The notes under the pieces are model-generated. The model did no database searches. It saw only the letters and a list, made by a program, of their open reading frames with translations, and was not told the origin of the DNA. Of a stretch of DNA of 58,917 bases, positions 1 to 9,932 are shown piece after piece. Position 1 is the first letter of the stretch. Each line of letters starts with the position of its first letter. Position numbers and translations under genes: made by a program. The stretch comes from Eubacteriales bacterium (GTDB lineage Bacteria > Bacillota > Clostridia > Oscillospirales > CAG-272), in NCBI GenBank assembly GCA_045602325.1, contig JAZSBH010000091.1, forward strand, positions 1-58,917. The letters are read 5' to 3'.

Positions 1-482
1 TCGGTTATATCCCATAAAACAGGGCACATTTCGCGGGAATAGATTTCTTCACAAACGGTAGAAATAAAATTTCTGACGGTATCTTCTGTCTTATTACCTG
101 TAGAAACGCCGTATTCGCCAATGATTACAGGAACCCCATTAACCACAAAGGTTTCCTTGAGCATATCGCCGAACTGACCGTTGAACAGGGAAGGGGCAGA
201 GGAGTTATCCACCTTGTAATATCCGGGCTCGGCGGTGTAGTCTACGATTTTGCCGCCGTCCACCAGCATCATGAACTGGTTGGGGTAGACGTGAATGATG
301 GAACCGTTGGTTATGTAGTCCTCGGTCCCCTTCTTATTGCTGTTGCGCTTATCGTTCTGACGAACCTTTACACCCTTGGTAAACAGGGTGGTCCCGCCCA
401 TATCGTCGGCTTCCAGAACCTCCAGCCACTGATCGGCCAGACCGCCGCCGATGGCGCCCATTGTTGCTTTGATAATGCCCAT
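1..482 (-). CDS. Partial gene: SPFH/YdjI-like N-terminus joined in frame to a GH5-like C-terminal segment; runs off the window
   Basis: Manual translation from ATG at 482: MGIIKATMGAIGGGLADQWLEV...SLFNGQFGDMLKETF then VVNGVPVIIGEYG...MCPVLWDIT. Absent from the ORF track because no stop lies in the window. Confidence 0.75.
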   Translation of the reverse strand, partial: MGIIKATMGAIGGGLADQWLEVLEADDMGGTTLFTKGVKVRQNDKRNSNKKGTEDYITNGSIIHVYPNQFMMLVDGGKIVDYTAEPGYYKVDNSSAPSLFNGQFGDMLKETFVVNGVPVIIGEYGVSTGNKTEDTVRNFISTVCEEIYSREMCPVLWDIT

Positions 483-606
483 GTGAATTCCTCTCTTTTC
501 GATATTTCAGTATTTAGGTCATGTTATGAGAACATAAAAAGCGCATGCCGATCTGACATACGCTTTTGATACGCAGGCAAAAATGCCTGCAAACCTTGTT
601 GTCCTA

Positions 607-820
607 TAACCCCGCAAGGCCGTGTATACAGCATTCGGAACCCTGTTTTTTCCAGGGCGGTGATCTATCCGCGGCTTTACTGCTCCCAGCATCCGCATAT
701 CCCTCGGGACAAGTCAACCGATGGAGGATAGCGGGAGGTCTGCAAACCACCTCGTGAGTCGATCTCCTTTAATCAGATGTGGGTCACAATATCTGTATAT
801 CACGCACCCCGCAGGAGTTT
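607..820 (-). ncRNA. ssrS: 6S RNA
   Basis: Minus strand 5' AACUCCUGCGGGGUGCGUG pairs with 3' CACGGCCUUGCGGGGUU. Internal UGACCCACAU...AAAGGAG and CACCGCCCUG...CAGGGUUC match the Firmicutes 6S pattern; about 210 nt. Confidence 0.8.
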
Positions 821-846
821 TTCGATCGGAGTGATTACCGAGGATA

Positions 847-1155
847 TTACTCCTCGTCGTTGTTGAGGTCGTAGTCGGCCTCGTCGGACAGCATATCGTC
901 GAAATAGTCGGCCACATCGTCGAACTCATCGTCATCGTCGATGGTGACCAGAACCTCCTCGCCGTCCTCGTCCAGCTCGGACTTCAGAATGACGTACTCG
1001 TAGACATCCTCCTCCTCGGGCTGATCGTCCACGGGGATCATGGCGTAGTACATGGTTCCGTTGATCTCGGCAGAGCCAATGACCTCGAACTGGAGCTCGT
1101 TGCCCTCCTCGTCGGTCAAAGTATAGTATTCACTCTGAAATTCTTTCTCATCCAT
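847..1155 (-). CDS. DUF1292 (YrzB-like) acidic protein
   Basis: YTLTDEEGNELQFEVIG...YYAMIP...TIDDDDEFDDV; start chosen at the ATG after an AAGGA RBS. Confidence 0.85.
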   Translation of the reverse strand: MDEKEFQSEYYTLTDEEGNELQFEVIGSAEINGTMYYAMIPVDDQPEEEDVYEYVILKSELDEDGEEVLVTIDDDDEFDDVADYFDDMLSDEADYDLNNDEE

Positions 1156-1215
1156 GGTGGAAACTTCCTTTCCGTGCCACGACCGCACATCGTGGCTACT
1201 TTTTTGATTACTTAT

Positions 1216-1244
1216 ATTATACACGAAAACCCCGTCCTTGTCAA
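1216..1244 (-). promoter_or_regulatory. Sigma-A promoter for DUF1292 (possibly also 6S RNA)
   Basis: TTGACA-17bp-TATAAT on the minus strand. Confidence 0.8.
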
Positions 1245-1282
1245 CGGGGTTTTTCATGTTTTTATGGCATTGGGGGAAAAAA

Positions 1283-2473
1283 TCAAATAAGGTCTGCCAG
1301 AATCGTATTACTCACGGGAAATCCACGCTCCGTCAGAAAGATCCGCCCGCCCTCACGGCAAAGAAAACCACCGTCGATATAGGGTATGCAGGATGGGCCG
1401 TAGGTATGCCAAAAATCCCGTCCAAAACGAGAAGCAAATTCCGCCTCGTCCACACCGTCCGACAGGCGCAGAGCCAACATGATGTATTCCGTCTCTCTGT
1501 CCGCAGAGGTGAGTACCTCACGGAATTCCGTAATGTCCTCCCCGCGGAGAAATCCTTCCAGATTGCGGGACTGTCCGAAGCGTACCCCGTTCAGACAGGA
1601 GTGGGCGGCTACGCCCAGCCCCAGGTAATCCCGGCATTGCCAGGTATGGAGATTGTGGCGAGAGCGAAAGCCGGGGCGCGCGTAGTTGGAGATCTCGTAG
1701 TGCTCGTAGCCCGCCGAGCGGAGCTTGGCAGAGGCTTGTTCCCATAGGGAGACCGCTTGCTCGTCGGCGGTGTCCTCATCGGCAGGAAGTCCCAGAGAGG
1801 CCCGTCCGCGGCGGTAAAAGGGAGTCCCCTCCTCCAGCATGAGGGTGTACGCAGACAGGTGGGTAGGCTCCAATGCTAGCGCTCGGTTCAGGGTATCCTC
1901 CAGACTGTCGGTGGTCTGGTGGGGAATGCCCAGCATGAAATCCAGATTGACGTTTTCAATGCCCACCGCGCGTGCGTCGGTTACCGTAGCCACCACGTCA
2001 TCCCAGAGGTGAAGACGGCCCAAGGCTTTCAGCTCGTCAGTCTGCGCCGACTGTGCGCCCAGACTCAAGCGGTTTGCCCCGTTTTCCCGCCATACCCGCA
2101 ACGCCTCGCGGTCGGCGGCGGCAGGATTGCCCTCCACCGTGATCTCGGCGTCCGGGAGAACCACAAACGAGGCGTAGATCGCAGCAAACAGTTCCTTGAC
2201 ACAAGCCGCCGGGAGCAAAGTGGGTGTGCCACCACCGAAATACACGGTGTCCAACAGGACGCGGCCGACGGAGAATCGGGATGTCGTTCCCTCTTCCCTG
2301 TGGAAATCTGCGCCATATGCCTTGCCCGCCTCGCGGATACGGCGAGCCAGCTCGTGGGTATAGACCTTCATCCCCTCCTCGGTTGGGCGAGGATAGGAAC
2401 AGAAATCGCAGTAAGGGCATTTTGACCTGCAAAAAGGAATATGCAGGTACAGACCGATCGGTTCTCTTTTCAT
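1283..2473 (-). CDS. hemW: Radical SAM heme chaperone HemW (HemN-like)
   Basis: YLHIPFCRSKCPYCDF (CxxxCxxC), GGGTP, HYEISNY, HNLHTW. Confidence 0.9.
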   Translation of the reverse strand: MKREPIGLYLHIPFCRSKCPYCDFCSYPRPTEEGMKVYTHELARRIREAGKAYGADFHREEGTTSRFSVGRVLLDTVYFGGGTPTLLPAACVKELFAAIYASFVVLPDAEITVEGNPAAADREALRVWRENGANRLSLGAQSAQTDELKALGRLHLWDDVVATVTDARAVGIENVNLDFMLGIPHQTTDSLEDTLNRALALEPTHLSAYTLMLEEGTPFYRRGRASLGLPADEDTADEQAVSLWEQASAKLRSAGYEHYEISNYARPGFRSRHNLHTWQCRDYLGLGVAAHSCLNGVRFGQSRNLEGFLRGEDITEFREVLTSADRETEYIMLALRLSDGVDEAEFASRFGRDFWHTYGPSCIPYIDGGFLCREGGRIFLTERGFPVSNTILADLI

Positions 2474-2507
2474 AGTACCTCCATATTCCTTTTTGACACA
2501 TGATTTG

Positions 2508-2574
2508 AAGTTTTTGGGGTTTCCAAAGGGACTTTTTTCAAAAAGTCCCTTTGGCGGGTCCGGGCAGAGTCCAG
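2508..2574. repeat. Intergenic palindromic repeat, copy 1
   Basis: AAGTTTTTGGGG...CCAAAGGGACTTTTT-TC-AAAAAGTCCCTTTGG...GGGCAGAGTCC. Confidence 0.6.
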
Positions 2575-2579
2575 CGCTC

Positions 2580-4325
2580 TTATTTCACCAGATGGCGCTT
2601 GATCTTCTTGGAGGTGGTCTTTTCGAACTCGGTGGCGCGGAGCTCGAGAGCCTTCATCTGCTTGAAGCTGGGCAGACGGCGGTTGATTTGCATGATCTGC
2701 TTGTAGATGGTCTCATGGATGAGCTCCTCGGTGGCGCCTGCAGGCAGCTTGTCAAAGTTGGGGTAAGCCACCACGGTCAGAATCACCTCGTCGCTGTTCT
2801 CGGCCTTACGGCCGATGACCACGCACTCAGCAATGGTCTCGATCTCGTCCAGATACTCCTCGATCTCCTCGGGGAAAACGTTTTTACCGTTCTCCAGCAC
2901 GATCACCGACTTCATACGTCCCGTGATATACACGTAGCCGTCCTCGTCCTTGTAGGCCACGTCACCGGTGCGGAACCATCCGTCCTCGGTGAAGGCGGCG
3001 GCGTTGGCCTCGGGGTTGTTGTAGTAACCGATCATGACGTTGTCACCCTTGATCTGGAGCTCGCCTTCCATATACCCGTGCTCACCGGGCTGTGCGTCGG
3101 CGATGCGGCAACGGCAGCAAGGAACGCTAGGACCGATGGAGCCGTACTTGCGCTTGTAGTAGGGTGTCACGTTGGTCAGGGGGGAGCACTCGGTGATACC
3201 AAAGCCCTCGAATACACTGATACCAAAGTCCTCAAAGGCGGCGATCAGATCGGGGTTCAGCTTGGCACCGCCGCAGATGATGTGATCCAGACGGCCGCCA
3301 AAGGAATCCAGAACCGTCTTGAACAGTTTGCGGCGAGCATCGATGCCCATGGAAAGCAACGTCTTGGAGGTGGCCAGAGCCGCCTTCAGGATGCCGTCAC
3401 GCTTGGTGCGCTCGGCCTCCGACCAGATCTTCTTGTACATGGTGTTGAGGAACAGGGGCACCAGAACCAGACCCGTGGGCTTGAAAACCTGCAGGTTCTT
3501 CAGGACATGACGCAGGGAGTCGTTGATGCAGACCTCCATACCGAACAGAGCGGCGGCCAGCAGGCACATGAGCTCATAGGTGTGGTGAACCGGAAGAACC
3601 GACATGATGACGTCGTCGGGAGAGAAGCACACCGTCTCGCAGGCGGCATTCGCGGCGGCAAAGATGTTCTTCTGGGATAGCATGACGCACTTGCTGGTAC
3701 CCGTGGTACCCGAGGTGAACAGCATCTCGGCCATTTCTTCGCGGTTTTCCACAGCAGGGAATTTGTAGCCGATCCGCTCGATGCGGTCGCGGCCGCACTC
3801 CAACACCTGATCGAAGGAGGTCACCTTAGCGTCAAAGGTGTTGTCGTAGGCAGGCGTCACCGGAATAAAATATTCCACACCCGTCAGATTTTCGGAAATT
3901 GCCTTGATGAACTTCTCATTGAAGGACTTGGAATAGACAATGGCCTTGGCCTCCACGATATCCAGGAATTTGCAGATCTCGCCCACGTCCAGCTCCTTGT
4001 CCATGGGAACAGCAATACAGCCGGCTGCCAGAGCAGCCAGATAGGTACAGATCCACTGGGGAGAGGTATCGCCAATAACGGCTACGCGCTTGCCCTTGAG
4101 CCCCATGGCATCAAAGCCGGCGGCACATTCGTGGATCATGGTGTGGAGCTCTCCGTATGTCATGACCTTGATCTCTTTACCCACGTAGTAGCGGTACGCC
4201 ACCCGATCACCGTGATCCGCGATCTGCTCAATGAGATCCAAAACGTCGCTGGCACGAGGAATAATTTGATCCATACGGGTACGGTTGATGGGCTTGTGCT
4301 TCTTTGCGGTAATTTCGGTTGCCAT
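2580..4325 (-). CDS. Long-chain acyl-CoA synthetase (AMP-binding)
   Basis: FTSGTTGTSK, GFGITE, WFRTGD, GRMKSVIV. Confidence 0.9.
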   Translation of the reverse strand: MATEITAKKHKPINRTRMDQIIPRASDVLDLIEQIADHGDRVAYRYYVGKEIKVMTYGELHTMIHECAAGFDAMGLKGKRVAVIGDTSPQWICTYLAALAAGCIAVPMDKELDVGEICKFLDIVEAKAIVYSKSFNEKFIKAISENLTGVEYFIPVTPAYDNTFDAKVTSFDQVLECGRDRIERIGYKFPAVENREEMAEMLFTSGTTGTSKCVMLSQKNIFAAANAACETVCFSPDDVIMSVLPVHHTYELMCLLAAALFGMEVCINDSLRHVLKNLQVFKPTGLVLVPLFLNTMYKKIWSEAERTKRDGILKAALATSKTLLSMGIDARRKLFKTVLDSFGGRLDHIICGGAKLNPDLIAAFEDFGISVFEGFGITECSPLTNVTPYYKRKYGSIGPSVPCCRCRIADAQPGEHGYMEGELQIKGDNVMIGYYNNPEANAAAFTEDGWFRTGDVAYKDEDGYVYITGRMKSVIVLENGKNVFPEEIEEYLDEIETIAECVVIGRKAENSDEVILTVVAYPNFDKLPAGATEELIHETIYKQIMQINRRLPSFKQMKALELRATEFEKTTSKKIKRHLVK

Positions 4326-4482
4326 ATTTGCTTCCTTTCTCGGGGGGAATGCTTCCCTACCCGCTCCCGCCTTTGGGCGAGACGATTTAGTGTTTTGTTT
4401 GACTAACTAATATTTTGTGCTTGCATACGGGAATCGGGAGGGGGTATCCCATCCCGGTTCCCGGTAAATACGGTGGTTTCGA

Positions 4483-5871
4483 TTACTTCCCCACACAAAA
4501 GCGGGAAAATATCTCGGTAAGCACGTCCTCCCCGGTCTCTCGACCGCACAAGGCACCCAGCTCGCCCATGGCGGCACGGATGTCGTCAGCACAGATGTCG
4601 TAGGGAAGTCCTGCGTCCAAATTGGCGGCGGCCGCACGGAGACAGGTGGCTGTCTCACGAAGGGCGGCAGCCTGACGTGCGCTGAACACTACGGCTTCCT
4701 CCCCCATGCGGAGATCACCGTCAATGAAAACGGCGTCCACCGCTTCCCGCAGGGCGTCAAAGCCCTCGCCTGTCACCGAAGACAGGCACACAGCGGGGAT
4801 TCCGTCAGCGGGCGGCGCCCAGGAGGAATCATCAGGCAGAAGGTCCCGCTTGGTGTAGACGCGGATGACGGATTTGCCTTGATTCGTGAGGGCCTTCGCC
4901 AAGGCGTCGGCTTCCGGATCCGAATCGGCGGCATGGGCAAGCACCAGCACCAGCTCGGCCTCATCCATAGCACGCAGGGCGCGCTCCACACCCATCATTT
5001 CCACAGGATCATCCGACTCCCGCAGACCTGCCGTATCCGACAGGCGGAGGGTGACCCGTCCCAGAGAAACGGTATCGGTGAGCACGTCTCTCGTGGTTCC
5101 CGCGATGGCGGTCACGATGGCGGCTTCCCGCCCCACGAGGCGGTTGTAGAAGGCGCTCTTGCCCACGTTGGGGCGGCCGCAGATCACCGTGGGGATCCCC
5201 TCGGCAATGGCGTGTCCCGTACGGTAGGTGCTGACAAGCCCCCGAACAGAGATCTCGGCCTGCCCAATAGCCTCCCGGATCTCCTCACGGGGCATTTCGG
5301 TCAGATCCTCCTCGGGGAAATCCATACCCGCCTCCATGTTGGCCAGTACGGCCATAAGGTCGGTATAGACAGCCTCGGCGGAGTCGGTCAAAAGACCGTT
5401 CATGCCGGCTCTTGCCAGCTTGACCTGCTCGTCGTTCCCTGCGTCCAAGAGGTTGCCCAGGGCTTCGGCGCGCTCCAGATCCAGCTTTCCGTTCAGAAAG
5501 GCGCGTCGGGTAAACTCGCCCGCAAGAGCCTGTCTGGCACCTGCCCGCAGGCAGGCCTCCAGCACGTTACGGGTGACCAGCACGCCACCGTGGCAGGCGA
5601 TCTCAACGGTATCCTCTCCCGTAAAGGAATGGGGCGCACGGAATACTGTGCAGAGCGCATCGTCCAGCACACGTCCATCCTCGGGATCGCGGACAAGTCC
5701 GTACACCGCGGTGCGGTCTGCACAGGCGGACAGCGGCTTACCGTTCATAGGGGTGAACACCCTCTCGGCGACGGTGCCGGCTTGATCTCCCGACAGGCGG
5801 ATCACGGCCACGCCGCCCTTACCGTAAGGAGTACTGACGGCGGCAACGGTATCAAAAGGGGATACGGTCAC
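4483..5871 (-). CDS. mnmE: tRNA modification GTPase MnmE
   Basis: GRPNVGKS, GTTRD, DTAG, terminal FCVGK. Confidence 0.97.
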   Translation of the reverse strand: MTVSPFDTVAAVSTPYGKGGVAVIRLSGDQAGTVAERVFTPMNGKPLSACADRTAVYGLVRDPEDGRVLDDALCTVFRAPHSFTGEDTVEIACHGGVLVTRNVLEACLRAGARQALAGEFTRRAFLNGKLDLERAEALGNLLDAGNDEQVKLARAGMNGLLTDSAEAVYTDLMAVLANMEAGMDFPEEDLTEMPREEIREAIGQAEISVRGLVSTYRTGHAIAEGIPTVICGRPNVGKSAFYNRLVGREAAIVTAIAGTTRDVLTDTVSLGRVTLRLSDTAGLRESDDPVEMMGVERALRAMDEAELVLVLAHAADSDPEADALAKALTNQGKSVIRVYTKRDLLPDDSSWAPPADGIPAVCLSSVTGEGFDALREAVDAVFIDGDLRMGEEAVVFSARQAAALRETATCLRAAAANLDAGLPYDICADDIRAAMGELGALCGRETGEDVLTEIFSRFCVGK

Positions 5872-5907
5872 GTCAAAGCCCTCCTTTCGGTTGTTTGGGA
5901 AGATGCA

Positions 5908-7029
5908 TTACTCGTTGTTCTCGGCGGATTCGGTCTCAACGGCGACCTCTTCGACCTCATCCTCTTCGCTGTAGGTAGCGGCAGACAGGTCGATATCGAA
6001 GGGATCGTGCTCCTCCTCGCCAAAGATGGACTCGCCCTGCTTACGGGTCTCGCCGGTCAGGGACTCGGTGGACAGAGGATCCACGGAGCGGCTGCCGGAG
6101 CGACGGCGGTTGCGGGAACGGGACTTTCCCGAGGACTTCTCGGAGGAAGCACCCTTGGCCTTGATGCCGGCGGTGGGCATACCCTCCTCCTCCAGGTAGA
6201 TCACGATGCGGCGGTTATTCTCCACGCCAATGGAGTTGGTGGCAACCCCCTCCATGTGCTGGATCTCGGAGTGGATGATACGGCGCTCGTAGGGGTTCAT
6301 GGGCTCCAGCATGATGCTCTTCTTGTACTTAAGCACCTGATGGGCCTTCTTGCGAGCCAGAATGCGCAAGGCGTCCTCGCGCTTGGCGCGGTAGGACTCC
6401 ACGTCCACGGTGATGCGGGCGTACTCACGCTTCTCGCCCTCTTCCTTGCGATTGGCGGCCAGGTTGGCGAGGTACTGGAGGGCATCCAGCGTATCGCCGT
6501 GGTGGCCGATCAACACGCCTGCGTTCTCGCCGTCCACAGTGATGACCATGTCGTCGTTGTTGCCGGGGTGCATGGCGATTTCCACATCCTCAAGAGCCAT
6601 ATTCTCCACCAGCTTGCAGATGAAGCGGTAGGCGACCTGCTCACTCTCAGAGGCGGTGGCAGGATCGATGTTCTCCACGGGAGGACGGACGGGGGCGGCT
6701 ACCTCTTCGGCAGGCTCCTCGACGGGCTCGGCCTTCTTGGGAGCGCGGTCACGGCGGTCGCCTCTGTCTCGGCGATCATGATCGCGGCGATCTCCGCGCT
6801 CGCGGCGGTCTCGGCGGTCACGGCGGGGTTTTTCCTCGGCGGGGGCATCAGGAACCTGATAGACAGCCTTGATGGTACAATCCACGGCGCCAAAGCCAAG
6901 GAAGCCCTTGCGCCCTTCGTTGATTACGGTATACATAATGGCAGACGCGGAGGGGGCTCCCAGCTCAACGACGGCCTTTTCAATGGCCTCCTCCCGAGTC
7001 TTGGCACTGATCTCAATTTCCTTCTTCAT
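5908..7029 (-). CDS. jag: Jag/KhpB (EloR) RNA-binding protein
   Basis: Jag_N, KH (LIGHHGDTLDALQYL) and R3H (ERRIIH) domains; conserved synteny. Confidence 0.95.
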   Translation of the reverse strand: MKKEIEISAKTREEAIEKAVVELGAPSASAIMYTVINEGRKGFLGFGAVDCTIKAVYQVPDAPAEEKPRRDRRDRRERGDRRDHDRRDRGDRRDRAPKKAEPVEEPAEEVAAPVRPPVENIDPATASESEQVAYRFICKLVENMALEDVEIAMHPGNNDDMVITVDGENAGVLIGHHGDTLDALQYLANLAANRKEEGEKREYARITVDVESYRAKREDALRILARKKAHQVLKYKKSIMLEPMNPYERRIIHSEIQHMEGVATNSIGVENNRRIVIYLEEEGMPTAGIKAKGASSEKSSGKSRSRNRRRSGSRSVDPLSTESLTGETRKQGESIFGEEEHDPFDIDLSAATYSEEDEVEEVAVETESAENNE

Positions 7030-7098
7030 GACGGTTGTTTATGTCCTTTCAGTTATGTGGGGGAGCCCTGCCCAAGCGGCAGAGCATCCCTCTGCAAA

Positions 7099-8862
7099 TT
7101 AATCTTCCTTGTTCTTTTTGTTCTTCTTTTCCTTACGGGCGGGTCGATCGTCCTCCTTCAAGGTAACGCCGTCACCGTAAGCACCCTCGGCGGTCTTGGG
7201 CTCAGCGGGAGCCTCGTCCTCGGGCTCCACGTACTCGGCCTTACGGGCGGCCAGACGGGCTTCGCGCTCGGCAGGAGTCTCGTAGTCCTCGTCATCCATG
7301 TGATGCAGGGAGCGAACGTTGGGGTTGCGGGGACCACCCTCGCGCTTGACGGGCTTGTTCTTGGCTTCCTTGCCCATCAGCTCACGCTCGGCGGCCTTAT
7401 ATTCCTCCTCGGTGAAGGTGGGCATAGGCATGACCTTATACAGAGCAAACTGCTTGACGGTGCTAATGATGCTCTTGAAGATCCAGTACAGACCCACGGC
7501 AGCGGGCACGATGAAGGTGAAATAGGCACTCATGGCGGGCATCATGAGGTTCATCATAAAGTTGGAACACCCCTGAGAAGGATCCTTTTGCCCTTCAGCG
7601 GTCTGCTGTAGAGGCTGGAAGGTAAACTTACGGGAGATCTTGCCACTCGCCCAGTAGACCACAAAGGTCAAAACCGGCATGAACAGGAGAACCAACTGAT
7701 CCTTGGAACCGAATCCGGCGGTCAGACCCATATTGATGCCAAACAAAGAGAAGTTGGGAATGCTATCCGACAGGCCGGACAGGGCAGACAAGCACTCGGA
7801 GCCGTTGGCAAAGTAGCCAAAGTTGGCCAGACCGTCCAAGCTGACGCCGCTCTCGCGGATCAGGGACAGTACCTCGATGGTGCCACGGTCGGAGCCAAGC
7901 GCCAGACCCAGACCGCCTGCGGCGCGGGGCGCGTCGGCAAACGTCAGGAAAGCGGAGGTCAACTCGGTGGGCGCACCAAAGATATAGGTCATGGGGTCAA
8001 TAACTACGTAGTAGAGCGCGAACAGGAAGGGCAGGGTGAGCAGCATGGGCAGGCATCCCGCCATGGGGCTGTAGCCCTCCTTGGTGTAGAGCTCCTGGAT
8101 CTCCTGGGTCACCTTCTGCTGGGTGGCCTGATCGTTACGGCCCTTATACTTGTTGCGGATGGCCATTTCCTTGGGACGGAGCTTGGCCTGCTTGCGAGAG
8201 TTCTTCTGCTGGTGGATACCCAGAGGCAGCATGAGGATCTCCAGGAAAATGGCAAAGTACAGCGTACCCAGGATAAAGCTGTCAAAGCCGGGGACGTCGA
8301 TGAGCCACTCGAAGCCTAGACCGATCCAGTGCAGGATCTGATTGAACCAACCCAGCTTGGCTTCGGTCTCCACATCGGTCTTGAAGCAGTCCACCAGCGT
8401 CTGCACGTCGGCAGAGGTGATGACCAGCTCCTGGCCGGACCCGGTGGAGATCTTATAGCAAACCGTGGTATCGATGTTGAATTTGTTGAGAACGTTTAAG
8501 GCAAATTTGGGTGCCATATCGGGCTGGGCGGCGAGAGTGCCGTCGGCCACCTTGGCGTCGTCGAAATCCGAAGCGGTCATGTCATAGCCGTTCAGAGCGG
8601 CGACAAGCTGCTCGCGGATATCAAATCCGGACTTACTGCCGGCAATGGCGTCGGCCAGCTTGTCCAGCTCGACGGCAGTCAAGCCGTTGGCCTCGGTGAT
8701 CATGCTGTCCGCGATCACGTAGCCCTTCTTAATGGTGGTGATCCGGCTCGCGCCGCTCATGCAAGAGGTCAGGGAGCAACCCAGGATCGCCAGCAGCAGA
8801 ACGGCCATCACGATCCGGGTCAGGATCGAGCGGGTCTTTGGGGTTTGTGTGTTTCTTTTCAT
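7099..8862 (-). CDS. yidC: Membrane protein insertase YidC with long N-terminal extension
   Basis: KLRPKEMAIRNKY...QELY...SPMAGCLP, PAAVGLYW; between yidD and jag. Confidence 0.92.
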   Translation of the reverse strand: MKRNTQTPKTRSILTRIVMAVLLLAILGCSLTSCMSGASRITTIKKGYVIADSMITEANGLTAVELDKLADAIAGSKSGFDIREQLVAALNGYDMTASDFDDAKVADGTLAAQPDMAPKFALNVLNKFNIDTTVCYKISTGSGQELVITSADVQTLVDCFKTDVETEAKLGWFNQILHWIGLGFEWLIDVPGFDSFILGTLYFAIFLEILMLPLGIHQQKNSRKQAKLRPKEMAIRNKYKGRNDQATQQKVTQEIQELYTKEGYSPMAGCLPMLLTLPFLFALYYVVIDPMTYIFGAPTELTSAFLTFADAPRAAGGLGLALGSDRGTIEVLSLIRESGVSLDGLANFGYFANGSECLSALSGLSDSIPNFSLFGINMGLTAGFGSKDQLVLLFMPVLTFVVYWASGKISRKFTFQPLQQTAEGQKDPSQGCSNFMMNLMMPAMSAYFTFIVPAAVGLYWIFKSIISTVKQFALYKVMPMPTFTEEEYKAAERELMGKEAKNKPVKREGGPRNPNVRSLHHMDDEDYETPAEREARLAARKAEYVEPEDEAPAEPKTAEGAYGDGVTLKEDDRPARKEKKNKKNKED

Positions 8863-8975
8863 TCTTACGTTTCCTTTGTTTCTTGTGCATACCCCGACAA
8901 AGGCGGTCGGGGGCGCGGCTCCTCTGATTCTGGCCGCTGTGTTCAATGGTGTGTGTCTCCGTAGAAATAGGAGGG

Positions 8976-9320
8976 TCAGGCGTTCCCGTCGGGATCGGGA
9001 GGGTTCCCGTCCTCGGGCTGACTCGGAGTGTCGGCGGAGACCGCCTCGCGCTCTGCCTTGTATTTGTCATACTTGCTCCAGCGCATAGGCATGGTTTTGA
9101 AGCCCTTTTGGGGCACGGGATCAAATCCCGCAGGAGAGAGCGGACTGCAACGCAGGATCCGCCAGACGGTAAGCGCCAGCCCGGCAAAAAAACCCCGTTT
9201 TTCAAAGGCTTCCAGCGCGTAGGCCGAGCAGGTCGGGGTAAACCGACAGGTGGGTGCGGGCTTGAGACCCGACAGGTACTTCCGATAGAAGCGAACCAGC
9301 GCCATGGCAACACGTTTCAT
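8976..9320 (-). CDS. yidD: Membrane protein insertion efficiency factor YidD
   Basis: CRFTPTCSAYALEA...RILRCSP...GFDPVP. Confidence 0.95.
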   Translation of the reverse strand: MKRVAMALVRFYRKYLSGLKPAPTCRFTPTCSAYALEAFEKRGFFAGLALTVWRILRCSPLSPAGFDPVPQKGFKTMPMRWSKYDKYKAEREAVSADTPSQPEDGNPPDPDGNA

Positions 9321-9751
9321 GGCGTTTTTTCGGAATCGGGAGCGGGGGTGGCTTGTCCCCCCTTGGTGGGTTCTTGCGGCTCGAACATATCCAATTTCTT
9401 GAAAACGTAACGAAGCTCGGACTCGATGGCGGGGGATTTTTGCCGTTCGATGCCGGGACGGGCCGCAATGACGATGAGGTATCCGCGGCGAAGGGAATAG
9501 CGGCGCTCCACGCCTTGCAGTCCCGCACGGATGATGCGCTTGACGCGGTTGCGCTCAATAGCGCCGCCCTCGCGTTTCGGCACAGACAGACCGATCCGAT
9601 TGATATACTGCTTTTGCGGATTCGCCTTTTTCAACCTTTTTGCCGCCAGATCCTTGAGAACACAGACCGTAACGTACTTGCCCGACCAACGCTTACCGCG
9701 CTGGAAGGTCTTTTTGTACAGGTGATTCTCCTTGATGGCGATGGGTTTCAT
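9317..9751 (-). CDS. rnpA: RNase P protein component
   Basis: RIGLSVPK...AIERNRVKR (RNR motif); synteny. Confidence 0.95.
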   Translation of the reverse strand: MKPIAIKENHLYKKTFQRGKRWSGKYVTVCVLKDLAAKRLKKANPQKQYINRIGLSVPKREGGAIERNRVKRIIRAGLQGVERRYSLRRGYLIVIAARPGIERQKSPAIESELRYVFKKLDMFEPQEPTKGGQATPAPDSEKTP

Positions 9752-9932
9752 ACAACTCCTTCCCCATAGCGCAGGCTATGAATTAGGATATGCCGACCCG
9801 GGGCGGGTTATACCGCCGGTCAGCGGGGGCAGGGGACCGCATCCACGAAAAATCCCGAGGACAGACAGACAATCGCATAGGCTCGTGTCCTATCATTCCT
9901 CGGGGTTTTTACGAAATATGGGATGTCCCAAA

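Noticed and set aside
566-935. Short ORFs 566-757 and 714-935
   Set aside because: They overlap the 6S RNA and DUF1292 and show no coding features
4879-7611. Long opposite-strand ORFs (910 aa here; also 9732-11645, 11840-13126, 18299-19975, 27971-29842, 29551-31734)
   Set aside because: Antisense shadows of well-supported genes, expected with high GC3 codon bias; no motifs or RBS
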